64,000 bases of DNA from an uncultured virus (IMG/VR IMGVR_UViG_3300030060_005186) (lineage: Duplodnaviria > Heunggongvirae > Uroviricota > Caudoviricetes). Both the position numbers and the translations under genes were made by a program. The notes beneath the pieces are model-generated. The model saw only the letters and a program-made list of their open reading frames with translations. It was not told the DNA's origin and did not search any database. Numbering within the stretch: position 1 is the first letter of the stretch; each line of letters opens with the position of its first letter. Location: IMG/VR virus record IMGVR_UViG_3300030060_005186; one strand, given 5' to 3'. Of the stretch, positions 24,401 through 31,064 are shown in pieces.

Positions 24401-27400
24401 TGCTAGCGTACTGGGTGCCCAACTGATAGTCGTGAGAGACGCTACCTATGCTTTGGAACAGCCTGTCGTTGATGCTCGTACCGTCAGGTATCACTGCTGA
24501 CTCATCGAACAGCGGGTCGAGGAGAATGGAGTCTCCTACTTTGATGTCATTGTAAGTCACCCAATTGCCGAAAGTATCAGTCTCAGTGCCGTCCTTGTTT
24601 ACGAACGAGGCGTTCCCACGACGGTCTCCTGTATAAGCAACGAACTTAGTCTGCTCAGTGGACTTGTATTCCATCTGCGCACCGTTCTCGAAGTAGATTC
24701 TGCCTCGTGGTGGGAACATGAAGGTAGACCAACTAGCAACTTCGGGAGACTCGTTGTTCAAGGGTACCACGACAATCTTGCTGTTGCCGGTATCTACCTC
24801 CTGCACTTCCACACCACCGTCTCTACCTGAAGCCCAGCCTAGCCTAGTGAGAGGGCTCTTGTCCCATGTCGGTACGGTCTCCACTGCACCTTGGCCCGGC
24901 CCACCTAGAGTGACCGAAACCACAGGGGTATCGGGGCGTATCTCCTTGACGATAGTGGAGTCATCGGAGCCCTTACCATAGAAATCAGATTCCAGACCAG
25001 CCACGTCATCCATCAGACCACGGGCATGGAGCGTCAAGTAAGTGCCCATCTGCCCTCTCTCGGCTTTAAACGAGGATATGCGACTCTTGCTTTGCAGATA
25101 TTCCAAGGTGAATGTGGATGAGTCATTCTGGTCTTGAGTGTCATCGTACAATTTACTGAGTTGCATTATCCGAGAACGGAGTGTGGGTTGTATGATGAGG
25201 ACGTGGTCTATGCCCGACGTGTAGTTGTCTATGATATCATATACCTCATTCAAATGACTGGATTGAGTGTTGTTGCCTTTGTTTCCCTCCTTGGGTGTCA
25301 CCTTGTAGAAATCACTACCGAAGGCGTTCTCACTCGACTTCTTTGAAGCAGAGGTGCGCATGATGATGCGATGATACTGTGATGGGTGAGTTACATCCTT
25401 CGCATGAGTAGAGGCCACCGGCTGTGGGGGTGCTGCTGGCAAGTCAGTAGCAGCCGAGGGTGAGTAGGCTGTAATGCCAAGACCGTTGGTCGGTAAGCGA
25501 CTGTAGTCTAACTCAATCTCGTTGTGTTGCCCTCCCGTGTTATCACCCACCAATCGATGAGGCAGCATGAAGGCTGGCATCGCACCTACTTGCTTTCCCG
25601 ACAGATAAAGAGCCCCACCCGGTGAGTGAATGGTCTTCCCTGAGGAGATTGCTGCGGCCATTTTAGCAGCGACTGTGGTGCCACCCGTACCGAAGATAGA
25701 GCCACCCGCTGGTACGGTCTTCTCCACTAATAGGCACGGCCCATTCATATTCATGGATTCACCAGTCAGGTCAATGGCATTGTAGTGAATCTCCATGTAC
25801 GGGAAGTCATTGTTCCCTGTCTCCATCACAGCCACTCGAGACTCTGTCTCAGGAGTGAGATGCATAGTGTAAGCATCGTCATCCTTGGCGATGTTGTCGA
25901 CGCCATGCCCTTTGAGGAGGAATGGCGTCACATCGAAACCTGCACCTCCTATAGCGATAATCTCATCCTGCTTGTTGTCCTTGCCAGCCATGCCATTCCG
26001 CACTAGAGCGACGGCTTTGCTGGAAGTGACTGCACGTAGAGCATTCATCGATAGGGACTGACGATACACGGAGACTTCCGAGTTTATCGGTATCTGGTCT
26101 ATCAGACCCTCATGCGAGCCATCGAAACTAGCAACGAAGGAATCTGACAGGCCATCTACCGATTGAGTGAGTTGCTCCTTCTCACTAGGAGGGAGGAATC
26201 GAAGATAGGGGTGGCCTGTGACATGTGTATAGAGATGGCGACCAGAATGTCCTACCTGATACTTCGTGTCAATACCCCAATTTCCACTGGAAATGGTATA
26301 GGGGTTCCCTGTGTCATTGATGCTCAATCTCCTACTGAAGAGGAAGCCATGGTTGGCGTTGATGCTCTCGTCAATGACCGTCATGCCATTGCGGTCTATC
26401 GATTGTGCGCCTAGTCCGGGAGGTTGTAGAGGCTTGCCTGACCCTTCGTCGAGCAAGAGGTCTGACTTGATGAGGACCATGGTGCTGTCATGTGCTAGAT
26501 TGTTAGTGCTATCAAAAGCAGTTCTGCCATGTAACACACCACGACTACCAGTGTCTGTACTGACGTCAAAATCAAGGTGGATGCTCTCCACTGCTATTGT
26601 ACCATCACTGTTGATGGTCTTCAGGCGCACTCGTTCTGGTGCTTTGCTGTTCGGCTTCCCTGTCTTGATGTCAGTAGAAGTAGGGTTGATGAGGAGATTT
26701 GCAATGGTGTGTGCTATCTTGACGTTCTGACTCCCACTGCTATGAGTGGTTACTGCCACTTGGTAATCACCCAAGGACGGGACATTGTACGTAGTAGGCA
26801 TGGTAGATGACTTGCCACTCACTAACTCGTAGAGTGACTGGGTCTGAGTGCTATCCAGAGTGAGTGTGGTATCACCAGCAGTCACAGTGGATTTGATATG
26901 GAACAGTTCACTCTCCACTTCGATTGGTTCCTCGAAACGCCAGAGACCGATAGTATCCGCACCCTTGACGAAAGGCAGAGGGAGAACCTTGGACACGCTG
27001 ATGTTGGACGACCAATGCACGGCTTCGATAACACCACGATACTGTCCTCCCTCACCTCCAATGAAGAAGTCAGCATCACTGTTACTGCAATGTGAATTTG
27101 GAGGGGTTTTGAGTGTGGAGATGACTTCACCGTTCACCATGAGCAGTATTCTATCTCCACTGAACACTCCAGCGATGTGGATTAACTCTCTACTGTGTTG
27201 GTCTATCTCGGTGTTGTTCGCTAAGACAGAGTGATTCGGGGTAGGATACGTGATGCCTGTGTAACCAGAACTCACGTTGGAGTTTGCTGATTCTGCTGTG
27301 AGAGTGGTAGGCTTACCATCATCGCTTTGCAACACGACTGAGAAAGAAGCAGGAGCGGGGGCTCCTACAGACCCTATGCTCAGTTCAAACAACCCTTCTT

Positions 27401-27638
27401 TGGAAGCCACTACACCACCACAGTCTGGTAGTACCCATGCCTCTACGGTGAAACCGCTCAGAGACCCCACTGCTGCCTGCCTTCTGGATTCGTTGTCAGG
27501 GCCGACTAGGTTGCCAGATGAGCGTGAGTCAGATGAGACTTTGACACTGGAGGAGGACTCTCTCGATGTGGGGCATACGATAGAATCACTGACTCCGTTG
27601 AAGAAAAGCCCATGGCTATTCTTGGCCATTACAGTCAT
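12498..27638 (-). CDS. Giant 5046-aa virion protein with an N-terminal LamG/concanavalin-A-like domain
   Basis: Uninterrupted 15.1-kb ORF. LamG-type motifs GFTVEAWV..HIAGVFSG..LMVNG..FFIGG..YRGVIEAV..GLWRFEE. Lies between the distal tail and hub genes. Confidence 0.8.
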   Translation of the reverse strand: MTVMAKNSHGLFFNGVSDSIVCPTSRESSSSVKVSSDSRSSGNLVGPDNESRRQAAVGSLSGFTVEAWVLPDCGGVVASKEGLFELSIGSVGAPAPASFSVVLQSDDGKPTTLTAESANSNVSSGYTGITYPTPNHSVLANNTEIDQHSRELIHIAGVFSGDRILLMVNGEVISTLKTPPNSHCSNSDADFFIGGEGGQYRGVIEAVHWSSNISVSKVLPLPFVKGADTIGLWRFEEPIEVESELFHIKSTVTAGDTTLTLDSTQTQSLYELVSGKSSTMPTTYNVPSLGDYQVAVTTHSSGSQNVKIAHTIANLLINPTSTDIKTGKPNSKAPERVRLKTINSDGTIAVESIHLDFDVSTDTGSRGVLHGRTAFDSTNNLAHDSTMVLIKSDLLLDEGSGKPLQPPGLGAQSIDRNGMTVIDESINANHGFLFSRRLSINDTGNPYTISSGNWGIDTKYQVGHSGRHLYTHVTGHPYLRFLPPSEKEQLTQSVDGLSDSFVASFDGSHEGLIDQIPINSEVSVYRQSLSMNALRAVTSSKAVALVRNGMAGKDNKQDEIIAIGGAGFDVTPFLLKGHGVDNIAKDDDAYTMHLTPETESRVAVMETGNNDFPYMEIHYNAIDLTGESMNMNGPCLLVEKTVPAGGSIFGTGGTTVAAKMAAAISSGKTIHSPGGALYLSGKQVGAMPAFMLPHRLVGDNTGGQHNEIELDYSRLPTNGLGITAYSPSAATDLPAAPPQPVASTHAKDVTHPSQYHRIIMRTSASKKSSENAFGSDFYKVTPKEGNKGNNTQSSHLNEVYDIIDNYTSGIDHVLIIQPTLRSRIMQLSKLYDDTQDQNDSSTFTLEYLQSKSRISSFKAERGQMGTYLTLHARGLMDDVAGLESDFYGKGSDDSTIVKEIRPDTPVVSVTLGGPGQGAVETVPTWDKSPLTRLGWASGRDGGVEVQEVDTGNSKIVVVPLNNESPEVASWSTFMFPPRGRIYFENGAQMEYKSTEQTKFVAYTGDRRGNASFVNKDGTETDTFGNWVTYNDIKVGDSILLDPLFDESAVIPDGTSINDRLFQSIGSVSHDYQLGTQYASTRALVEIPVFTNQFFDDTEKGIFPGPNNSMKIHLDPTLTAHTWAPNPVGRRPAGRPAMDREAVGPYHEAWTQDKLKVSVTSTGSTSNTTIFVSDVDAEFLVDVSNTKFFKTYTDLRDITNEIHFYRRLYLPNGEWAQIGTINLTTNALTVDAYSPNFFQDTLVGQPLTIGSYMNTTGINIRDDSELKTAATEFRRPYYHDRANTQTQGGNIDYGLRQYVSAVEFKEGPTANPHAARIESGAATFTIADASTASATVYTDGASLPRMDTGAWANTTYTAINQDDDEISFTPHANASTINISAGTATNGDVFTLKAITTNSGAFDFASYDGHAGSSLSFYNTLNRTWNYPFAPGGLRHGDTVWMNMHYTNPHAIEGMFCKSRGVCNEFLVWNGFNGGRGELGTEARASIPLENFLIGDTCLETARNFVQHVNKTIELNWLELGYSDENIPVVAYLDPYLAESGHARVLLYDVAHDREFIAFHDLHMQVQTGQTTPKVGIGNESLDVANGFRSQNRFRSLSGSTDKSTFIENAFVHQSSPYLDVTTSGQQHNTLALPKSYIDYGGSLLGSTGRTENTTVTSGDFSNRHAMEALSADLTVGTKHSTFFDTPDGTRAIPAFLCLKGTRSTELDLTSHRESRLDNLPHWTQMDFVRRLTIDLGSVGQAEPVTDVESAAREIVRRVNQSAALQARTQSGSAHDPAPFWDDTAFAGDQGTHMGYLRAHLGRSVTDADGQSGYTVVIHSTVPGASGRNFCTWLDNSKGQSPYRPQFLVGHGGRFRSFWCMPTEGEDENMHPAPMPITKNGRPFAPITTLVQMLPSDDEDEEFINNLAESDRTDSKVNTEMATGRSANTVYTESFESKGHATRIVDGLRVGTRARSRINFGGLVASGVPGWAPDAGIMGYGPKDKGGRFNEVYGSNSSAYSSYVTGDEQAESKVGNSDLYGFRFTDHRGTDHTIRIIYRQKGQSFANANTTLPPGLENEIIISLDDRDVSRGGFTIGKHMAGTTYPTDRNWSLGDIAHPTWKGNTWSGIRAPASGYPVSSASFSSKTLTVAFAGAGPSGSNLDFLGHLGFPDAGLLIWTDRASSRASNVFRYTSRTHDETSGTHKFFGIDGSPSMATDQTREAVISPMLNWTTLVTDELLAAAVEHAMTIDPNDGKAFDCSEMYAPDGRTYAEWMGDAAMTAVQVHTLNEKSDVTPLSSLFTVERAQDWGLYAGNAELSEAKGGLGTTHIQNGVMADYGYIPRTVLNITTKYRGANANTATPLLINSAGNAIDTSTWQKHLRGEKYQAYPGDHITPAVNNPILSMKGATSNSLTHNNSGNSRWLVTPHHPVLGTSSLVSFYETLKVHTPDGEWNHVHPSSFGGALGFTSLVASTDYSVGNNNDTFISLWSGERGRLFAGNRLAGNTHGEPLTYFRGAHDSSDHSVPLYFGGGFSGVVMDVNDGTQNDYTEFYSHPYTSGPTGCSGLQNVGENMGSFALLDTTAILAMFPGTPYLNQHRGETYPPFSNAEALLAPDLKIGTSAQTMGYTDATDIYGSSLTKTVVTHPTPVVLRFAHPHARFSSATSGSPDEVSYVIFGPGQSVPKHFYGYATATLGEREPAAVNTVSEKFTHVHGNDSVVKSGTENGKHHPNELTKGYKNGSNVYTNRAGNYLPYLPPTMAYQKSAPYPYSILRNWEPATGSPSKWLNDDFTYTSAYTLSTHWKTSTASLKIAHPMNQDGTNAAYHYNWGMDSGYTAGGNWFDNAVRKNPPHPIYGTLLPNSRSVTVGSNSVTLGLNASMFRVGSLALSSYDPDLTETDTARDVFVIDATRVQNSEELGAVISAAINSFPGAGNLKSLGGTFLPSFQDAIRQDRYSWVNVGVLQGSTDAGDTQLSVTTTLPNSLPDKGWLRIGDGTNIHYAKYQSYTNAGQFTLETNARNLSPVEQPDSALASSATLDGDTVYVWSKTGNLRWSNGAPEAIHDVPSSGNYGAKNSVYEHLASTQVHFSGYVDAIDRTRPVGAVGWHGERYSYLNSLKVTKTGGASFGVSAGLGAWHPSLGFNPYGASMGCHAMNGATYTSGSGTVASFTQDSNGLMSGLHPRHYVVVSYEGELPIIAKADRDGLILCGDMLDKKWAPSGTGTGGTVIASHDKRHNNDRYVAYANGGPHIDAQFAYNATGTAEFTPPGSGDGEWSAHAATTAGMYPMESCLFPTGDLFYDKIENPGVARYPSESGQEFIRHSQIDSDTLDTQASSLQTPYSFWSGNSAARNFFINHAVWKRMDGGNLCMPGPNARGLGAVPWVWRKVGSSYVKFGENIYGNTRFSFETTNSAMFPTIQAQEIAQPHLADKYPLDVSSALTIPNEEEQFLEISVIDDAGQTHTIEGGSPFGTVIRDFSKVVDREVEGPALAGSGNLPSLSINLPNPDTIPGNIVVRSGFDKIQSYQHESIGTGGVHRPDLPENVVKENFNSANAEPKKEPFFENEGWERLDTDEGDTALESKSGSLASESFLQTSYEPHDRALYFHLTKMGWGYTDREPLGIINNTLTHDPLTLVSVSGTTVTVDNIPKSEIWRAETLPDGRSFFTVNGHLVSFTSIVGLEFRDCKYTPGFSASDGDVLKPSFYVPSGSTRHFAARRLRDHAEVSGESPDKKPIDWMGVGTSASPASAIRSNRLTPMPMPRMGHHYITPTMAVMPGHLSHPLYQRVYDLNRAYQSATSSVEKSVGATSIVASATPAADNNAVDLAGLDGVGHDALMWFSSMSTPHPPSDVHGGGFTLMFETKVKYDGYGILAYDSENNDGDHILRLESGTNYSTSWNFPDPLESGAYQIVIQPNLFAQQLMGFNSNYDFDSSGTYNAVNKTFSGGKYPSLTSQQVVTVIGLQWNATTDNYEFVLSEQLPVDVRGCEVYLNEVMLDIDPSPNEQFANTPPLSLYNPLGINESTSPTWTRKSLPYHPNMFRLATPGYTLTIPWWAPALKTVNGSGSLTATSTEGAYATTNKWRKLSHYYPEDYFHYCRTGYGAVGAQMVMHGYPTHFLDSTLHSYSSLNPTCTVRFKDQSATELLVDNNALFPEVGLKSFDKKLQVTADDGTTYTASYDYRGKASGGHNETTNTFYGVTAAAGFWNAIKVGSKITLTGDYGTLAPGKIYTDKTASVAAYHIGDIKDGTRDTQTGHLPDAYLSMWHYNLGRPMTYYSDSRTNMTDAAVDKKPYNHLPEHYETVHYHDFSYVISDGPFAFRGFGPVYDSGGKILKPESMGATYVPQAHTASDLTNNQKFHYGAFWPGGSRFGAQASRMDAWGTAGAGWGRNWDYHKIYLSNNSTVGLNDHPTDVCSTSGSNVNIKRNASFGYRFSVRAPYNKPRAALWATQALLDSTGQHSGYITGPYVQNDTVTGEVYSASTLENGVAINYETTMAGYSGVLERLTNASALVGSDLKGQQVRYSHGRRMTRPFGCAVRNFVNDPYVLRNHHGDYVAGAGSRRDLVNDNRRDLALAIGHYMIDWWGNTTGEDVRRAPVRGFGIRPAWDPEDAYSSTDRTKGALVMAAPSQHGHSRTELDFYDPGTTKRVGDRGDGRGVRWPTVFNEDMLQDIDTVMDASGLMLSTHSAEPSVGSGYIRPRNDDFQGGEVFQGISRVLDLHADDGLLKPQAMPGSNVEKETESLLPAGEDLQEPISRLTPRIGLDSITLSEVQRKPPEDYVIVSTEGHSLHTDRIAGRRYLVAGGVRTKNRAFSDYDLSVLNFTSDSGEPTNVQAMRLNYTHGIWPLGGNLILDISNYVEPVSDMGWGLASGRHAEYLSSNPYETTAHEAHSKNTNTSDMSVKLLVRPVRVLDHRHLEIFREKTNALSSTAGGRYGVFLYDAPSSRSTLGTSIHVRSTVVSPTNPPYPPVYNLWADDKTDSDGELTTAQKTYQVPYSVGPIIPGYEASGFTPSLRQSVARITVSDNTLQHLRGDASRSGDYTVQPRYTQSLYPGDDLNKSDHSGESSHTDNRTND

Positions 27639-27640
27639 GG

Positions 27641-28882
27641 TTATATCCCCATTATCATATCTATTGGCTGGAATGTGATATCAGCGGAGTACGTGGTGTC
27701 TCCTGCAATGTATGAGATGTTGCACTCAGTGATGCATCCATGTATGCCCGTGTACTTGTTAGTGGGGTCAAAGACAGCGCTTGCTGGCTCATCGTTTGCA
27801 GAAGAACCTTGCTGCTCGGTCTTAGCATGTCCTGTGACGAATAGGAAATTGCGCGGCTCGTACCCTTGTATGGGGTCTCCGACTGTGCCTAAGTTCGCTT
27901 GTGTGAGAGACTGGTATGGCATCTGCAAACCCAGAACGTAGTCCTTGTGAGACAATCCTTCGACGAAGTCTATTCGGTCTACCAAGGACTTCTCATCGCC
28001 CAAATCTACACCGAGCAGACTACCACCCAGTACATTTCCAGAGAGTCCTGTGAAATTGCTATTCACAACATTGGCTAGCAGGTCCTGAGCCTTGTCTCCT
28101 GCTGAGCGACAGGTGTTCTCGCTGCCACCTGTGAAGATTTGCAGTAGGGGTGCCTCTAGTGTCGTGTCACCGAGCGCATTGGAACCTGCTAGGTTCTCTT
28201 GGGTGGGGGCTATGAACACGGGAGTGCTAGTGTTGCCAGACAGTCCTGCAGTCAGTTGCGTGAAATTCAGTCTGGTCTGCTTCTCATTGGTGAGTGAGAT
28301 GACAGGGCCCTTGAGGCCATCGACTGCTGTCACGGAGAACCGAGTGAGAAAACGATTGGCGTTGCCTGTGTTATGCTCCAAAGCCCCTTTCAGACGGCTG
28401 GCAATCTCAGACCCTTTCGGCCCTGCTCCTGCATCTGCTAGTGCTTTGCAACCTACTATGAGATTCAAGGGGTTATTGGAATTGTGATTCGTCGCACTGG
28501 TATCGAAGGTAGCAGTGTAATTCGTCCCGTCTGAGGCTCTGAACTCAAACCGAGCACCGTTCAAATCTGCCCAACTCGAGAGCAATTGATTGGAACCTGT
28601 ACCAGCATATAGATTGGCCCCGCTGGAAGTGCTACTGAAGTCGATGAACGACGTGGCTTTCTGGGCAATCAAATCAGCCGCACTGCAATCATCATCTCGT
28701 AAGAGGCAGACCATCTTGATGGAAGCCGCTACTAGGTTAGCGTCTGCACCGATTCTCTGACCCGTTATTGGAACTGATTTAGTGAACACGTTGCGTCTGA
28801 CTGTAATGTGATGCTCAACGCAATCGAGAGAGATTACCCTCCCCTCTCCTCGCTCCACCAACCTCACAGGGACGCCGCTCAT
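27641..28882 (-). CDS. Putative distal tail protein with an inserted domain
   Basis: Directly follows the tape measure. Beta-rich ends (GIHGCITECNISYIAGDTTYSADITF) flank an insert. Confidence 0.5.
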   Translation of the reverse strand: MSGVPVRLVERGEGRVISLDCVEHHITVRRNVFTKSVPITGQRIGADANLVAASIKMVCLLRDDDCSAADLIAQKATSFIDFSSTSSGANLYAGTGSNQLLSSWADLNGARFEFRASDGTNYTATFDTSATNHNSNNPLNLIVGCKALADAGAGPKGSEIASRLKGALEHNTGNANRFLTRFSVTAVDGLKGPVISLTNEKQTRLNFTQLTAGLSGNTSTPVFIAPTQENLAGSNALGDTTLEAPLLQIFTGGSENTCRSAGDKAQDLLANVVNSNFTGLSGNVLGGSLLGVDLGDEKSLVDRIDFVEGLSHKDYVLGLQMPYQSLTQANLGTVGDPIQGYEPRNFLFVTGHAKTEQQGSSANDEPASAVFDPTNKYTGIHGCITECNISYIAGDTTYSADITFQPIDMIMGI

Positions 28883-30036
28883 GGTAGCGCCCCTTGTGTC
28901 AGGCCGCCACCCCTTCTCCTCTTGCTACTAGTCAGTTCCCTGCTTATCGCTGTAGCGAGTTGCTCGTCAGAGCCTCTTGAGTTTGACCCTGTGATGTAGA
29001 TATTCGTCGTGGAGTTGTCCTGAGAGGATATCTGATTGGCTGCGTTTCTTGCTAGGCCAACACCCGTTCTAGCCATGCTTCTAAGAGAGCCCATGGGGTT
29101 CGCCCTGAATGTTCTCACCATCGCAGCCAACCGCTTCAAGCCCCTTATGATGGGACCGAAAGTCATGTCCCATATAGCCTCGCCAAGGCCCTCGAAGAAG
29201 TCGTAAATTTCCTTGCGGAACCTATAGATTAGAGTCAATATAGTCACGATTGCTATACCGATGAGAACGGGAGTACTGGCTATTCCAAGAATCACTGCAG
29301 TAATGGCAAGGAGAACGCCGGACACCAAAGCAGTAACAACAGACAAAGCAGGACTCAACGTACCGCTTAAGACAGCAGCGAAGCCCGCTACTGCAGCCGC
29401 GACCAGACCTAAAGTGCCACCGAAAGCATATATGATGACACCCATCCCAGACAAGATGGCCAGCATCTGGTTCATCGGGTCCAGACTCTCGTAGAATTGG
29501 AACAGAGCACTGTCAGTGCCTTGCAGGGCGAGGGAGAGGACACCGAAGATAACGGCTGCTGCTGCGAAGGCCATAGTCATTGAGTACGCTGCACTGAAGA
29601 TTTTGAGTATAGACAGCCTGAGACCTTGATAGGCACGCATGAGAAGACTGAAATTCTTCTTGTTCTTATTGTACATCACCTGCTCGTCTTTCATAAACTG
29701 CATGTGCTTCTTCTTCCATATCAGGAGTTTTGCAATTTGCATTCCGTATCGTGGAAGCATACGTGTGTTTTCGTCAGTGGCTTCTCGAGTGCCTGCCAGC
29801 CCCAGCACAACCGCTTTGGTAGAGTCCATCCAATTCACCATTGGCTGAGCGATTGACTTTATCTGCAATTCATACTTGGCTAGTTGCCTTTCAGCGAGAC
29901 CCATGTTTTTCTGAGCGCGCAGCAATGAATCATCAGTCGCTTGGTAATATCTATCCTGCTCCTCTCGAGCCTCGAGAGCCTCGCTTATCAGTTTTTTAAC
30001 TTCACTTGAATCGATTATTTGCGCCATGGCTACCAC
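28879..30036 (-). CDS. Putative tape measure protein (short, 385 aa)
   Basis: Follows the chaperone pair. Helical N-terminus, long A/L/V/G hydrophobic centre, typical ending (TTNIYITG..EQLATAISREL). Confidence 0.65.
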   Translation of the reverse strand: MVAMAQIIDSSEVKKLISEALEAREEQDRYYQATDDSLLRAQKNMGLAERQLAKYELQIKSIAQPMVNWMDSTKAVVLGLAGTREATDENTRMLPRYGMQIAKLLIWKKKHMQFMKDEQVMYNKNKKNFSLLMRAYQGLRLSILKIFSAAYSMTMAFAAAAVIFGVLSLALQGTDSALFQFYESLDPMNQMLAILSGMGVIIYAFGGTLGLVAAAVAGFAAVLSGTLSPALSVVTALVSGVLLAITAVILGIASTPVLIGIAIVTILTLIYRFRKEIYDFFEGLGEAIWDMTFGPIIRGLKRLAAMVRTFRANPMGSLRSMARTGVGLARNAANQISSQDNSTTNIYITGSNSRGSDEQLATAISRELTSSKRRRGGGLTQGALP

Positions 30037-30326
30037 CCCTCACTAAACGGCATAGGGCGATTCATACTTGTACTTTCTACTTTCATTGAATCAGGGTTGC
30101 TCCGCTCAGCCTCCTCTGCCTCCATCTTCTTTTGAGCCAATGCCCATTTGAACATCATGGAGAATCCGTACGGCGTTACACCGTCTAAGTCCCTAGGGCC
30201 CAAGTGATAGTGAGACATGACTACGTATATGGGAAACTCAAGAGCCAGCCCCACATCCTCCTTCTTGCCTCCTAGAAAATCTATAATGTCATTTACATCT
30301 CGCTCTGCGTCTGTCAGACTAAAGGG
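30030..30326 (-). CDS. Tail assembly chaperone frameshift extension (gpT-like)
   Basis: The frame of ORF 30030..30254 is open back to the slippery site: PFSLTDAERDVNDIIDFLGGKKEDVGLALEFPIYVVM... Confidence 0.7.
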   Translation of the reverse strand, partial: PFSLTDAERDVNDIIDFLGGKKEDVGLALEFPIYVVMSHYHLGPRDLDGVTPYGFSMMFKWALAQKKMEAEEAERSNPDSMKVESTSMNRPMPFSEGW

Positions 30327-30676
30327 TCACCCATCAACTCCGCTGGTTGAGGTAATATCTTAGTGATTCGAGATGCTATTTCTGGCTTCAATGCCAGTAA
30401 TTGAGTCTTCGATAACTCAGGTTCAGTGCGGTCGATGCAATTCATCATCACGAAGCGCCAGTAACCACCAAGGTCGACCTCGATGTTCCCGGTCCCATCT
30501 ACATTCATGAGGTCTTTGACTGCACTTTGCATTTCAATGAAGGACAGTTCCTTCACCCAAACTCGCAGAACACGCTCTTCGTCGCCTAAGGGGACGAGAA
30601 CATCGTGTGGAGTTGAACCCTGCTCCACTAACAGACCGTTTATGCTTTCCAATTTATTCTTCTTCTGTTCCTCCAT
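30314..30676 (-). CDS. Tail assembly chaperone (gpG-like)
   Basis: 120 aa, between tube and tape measure. V.VKELS..E motif; ends GDPLV at the slippery site. Confidence 0.75.
   Translation of the reverse strand: MEEQKKNKLESINGLLVEQGSTPHDVLVPLGDEERVLRVWVKELSFIEMQSAVKDLMNVDGTGNIEVDLGGYWRFVMMNCIDRTEPELSKTQLLALKPEIASRITKILPQPAELMGDPLV
30320..30326 (-). other. -1 programmed ribosomal frameshift heptamer C CCT TTA
   Basis: X XXY YYZ pattern in the correct register, one codon before the stop of 30314..30676. A -1 shift joins the downstream ORF. Confidence 0.8.
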
Positions 30677-31055
30677 ACTTACTCACTTCCTCTTCGCTGG
30701 AGGCTGCCTCTTCCGAGGGGGCCTCTTCCGGTTCTGCTAGAGTCTCTGATTCCTCAGAGAGGCCAGCATCATCCTCTTCTAGACGGGCGATGAGTTCCGC
30801 CTTTAATCCGTTGGTCGCTAGTCCTCGCTCTTCGAGCAAGTCACGCAACACTGCTACGGTCATCGAATTGTAATCTACAGTCTCCTCTTCCTCAGGGAAT
30901 GGGTTCCCATCAGTGGCTGCTTCTTCTGGATTGAACACAGTCACCTCTTCCTCCACTACAGGCTCCTCCACTACAGGCTCCTCCTCTATGACAGGAGAGT
31001 CATAGGCGATTTGGTTTGGTCTTCTGAAGCCACCGGGATGTAGGTTTTTTTCCAT
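30654..31055 (-). CDS. Acidic SAP/HeH-domain protein
   Basis: YNSMTVAVLRDLLEERGLATNGLKAELIARL matches the SAP consensus. Flanks are E-rich. Confidence 0.75.
   Translation of the reverse strand: MEKNLHPGGFRRPNQIAYDSPVIEEEPVVEEPVVEEEVTVFNPEEAATDGNPFPEEEETVDYNSMTVAVLRDLLEERGLATNGLKAELIARLEEDDAGLSEESETLAEPEEAPSEEAASSEEEVSKYGGTEEE
30949..30978. repeat. 15-nt tandem repeat (2 copies) encoding EEPVV
   Basis: tcctccactacaggc x2. Confidence 0.8.
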
Positions 31056-31064
31056 GTCATTACC

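Noticed and set aside
30030..30254. Independent 74-aa gene starting at GTG
   Set aside because: Better explained as the -1 frameshift extension, although a GGAGG just upstream means independent initiation is not fully excluded.
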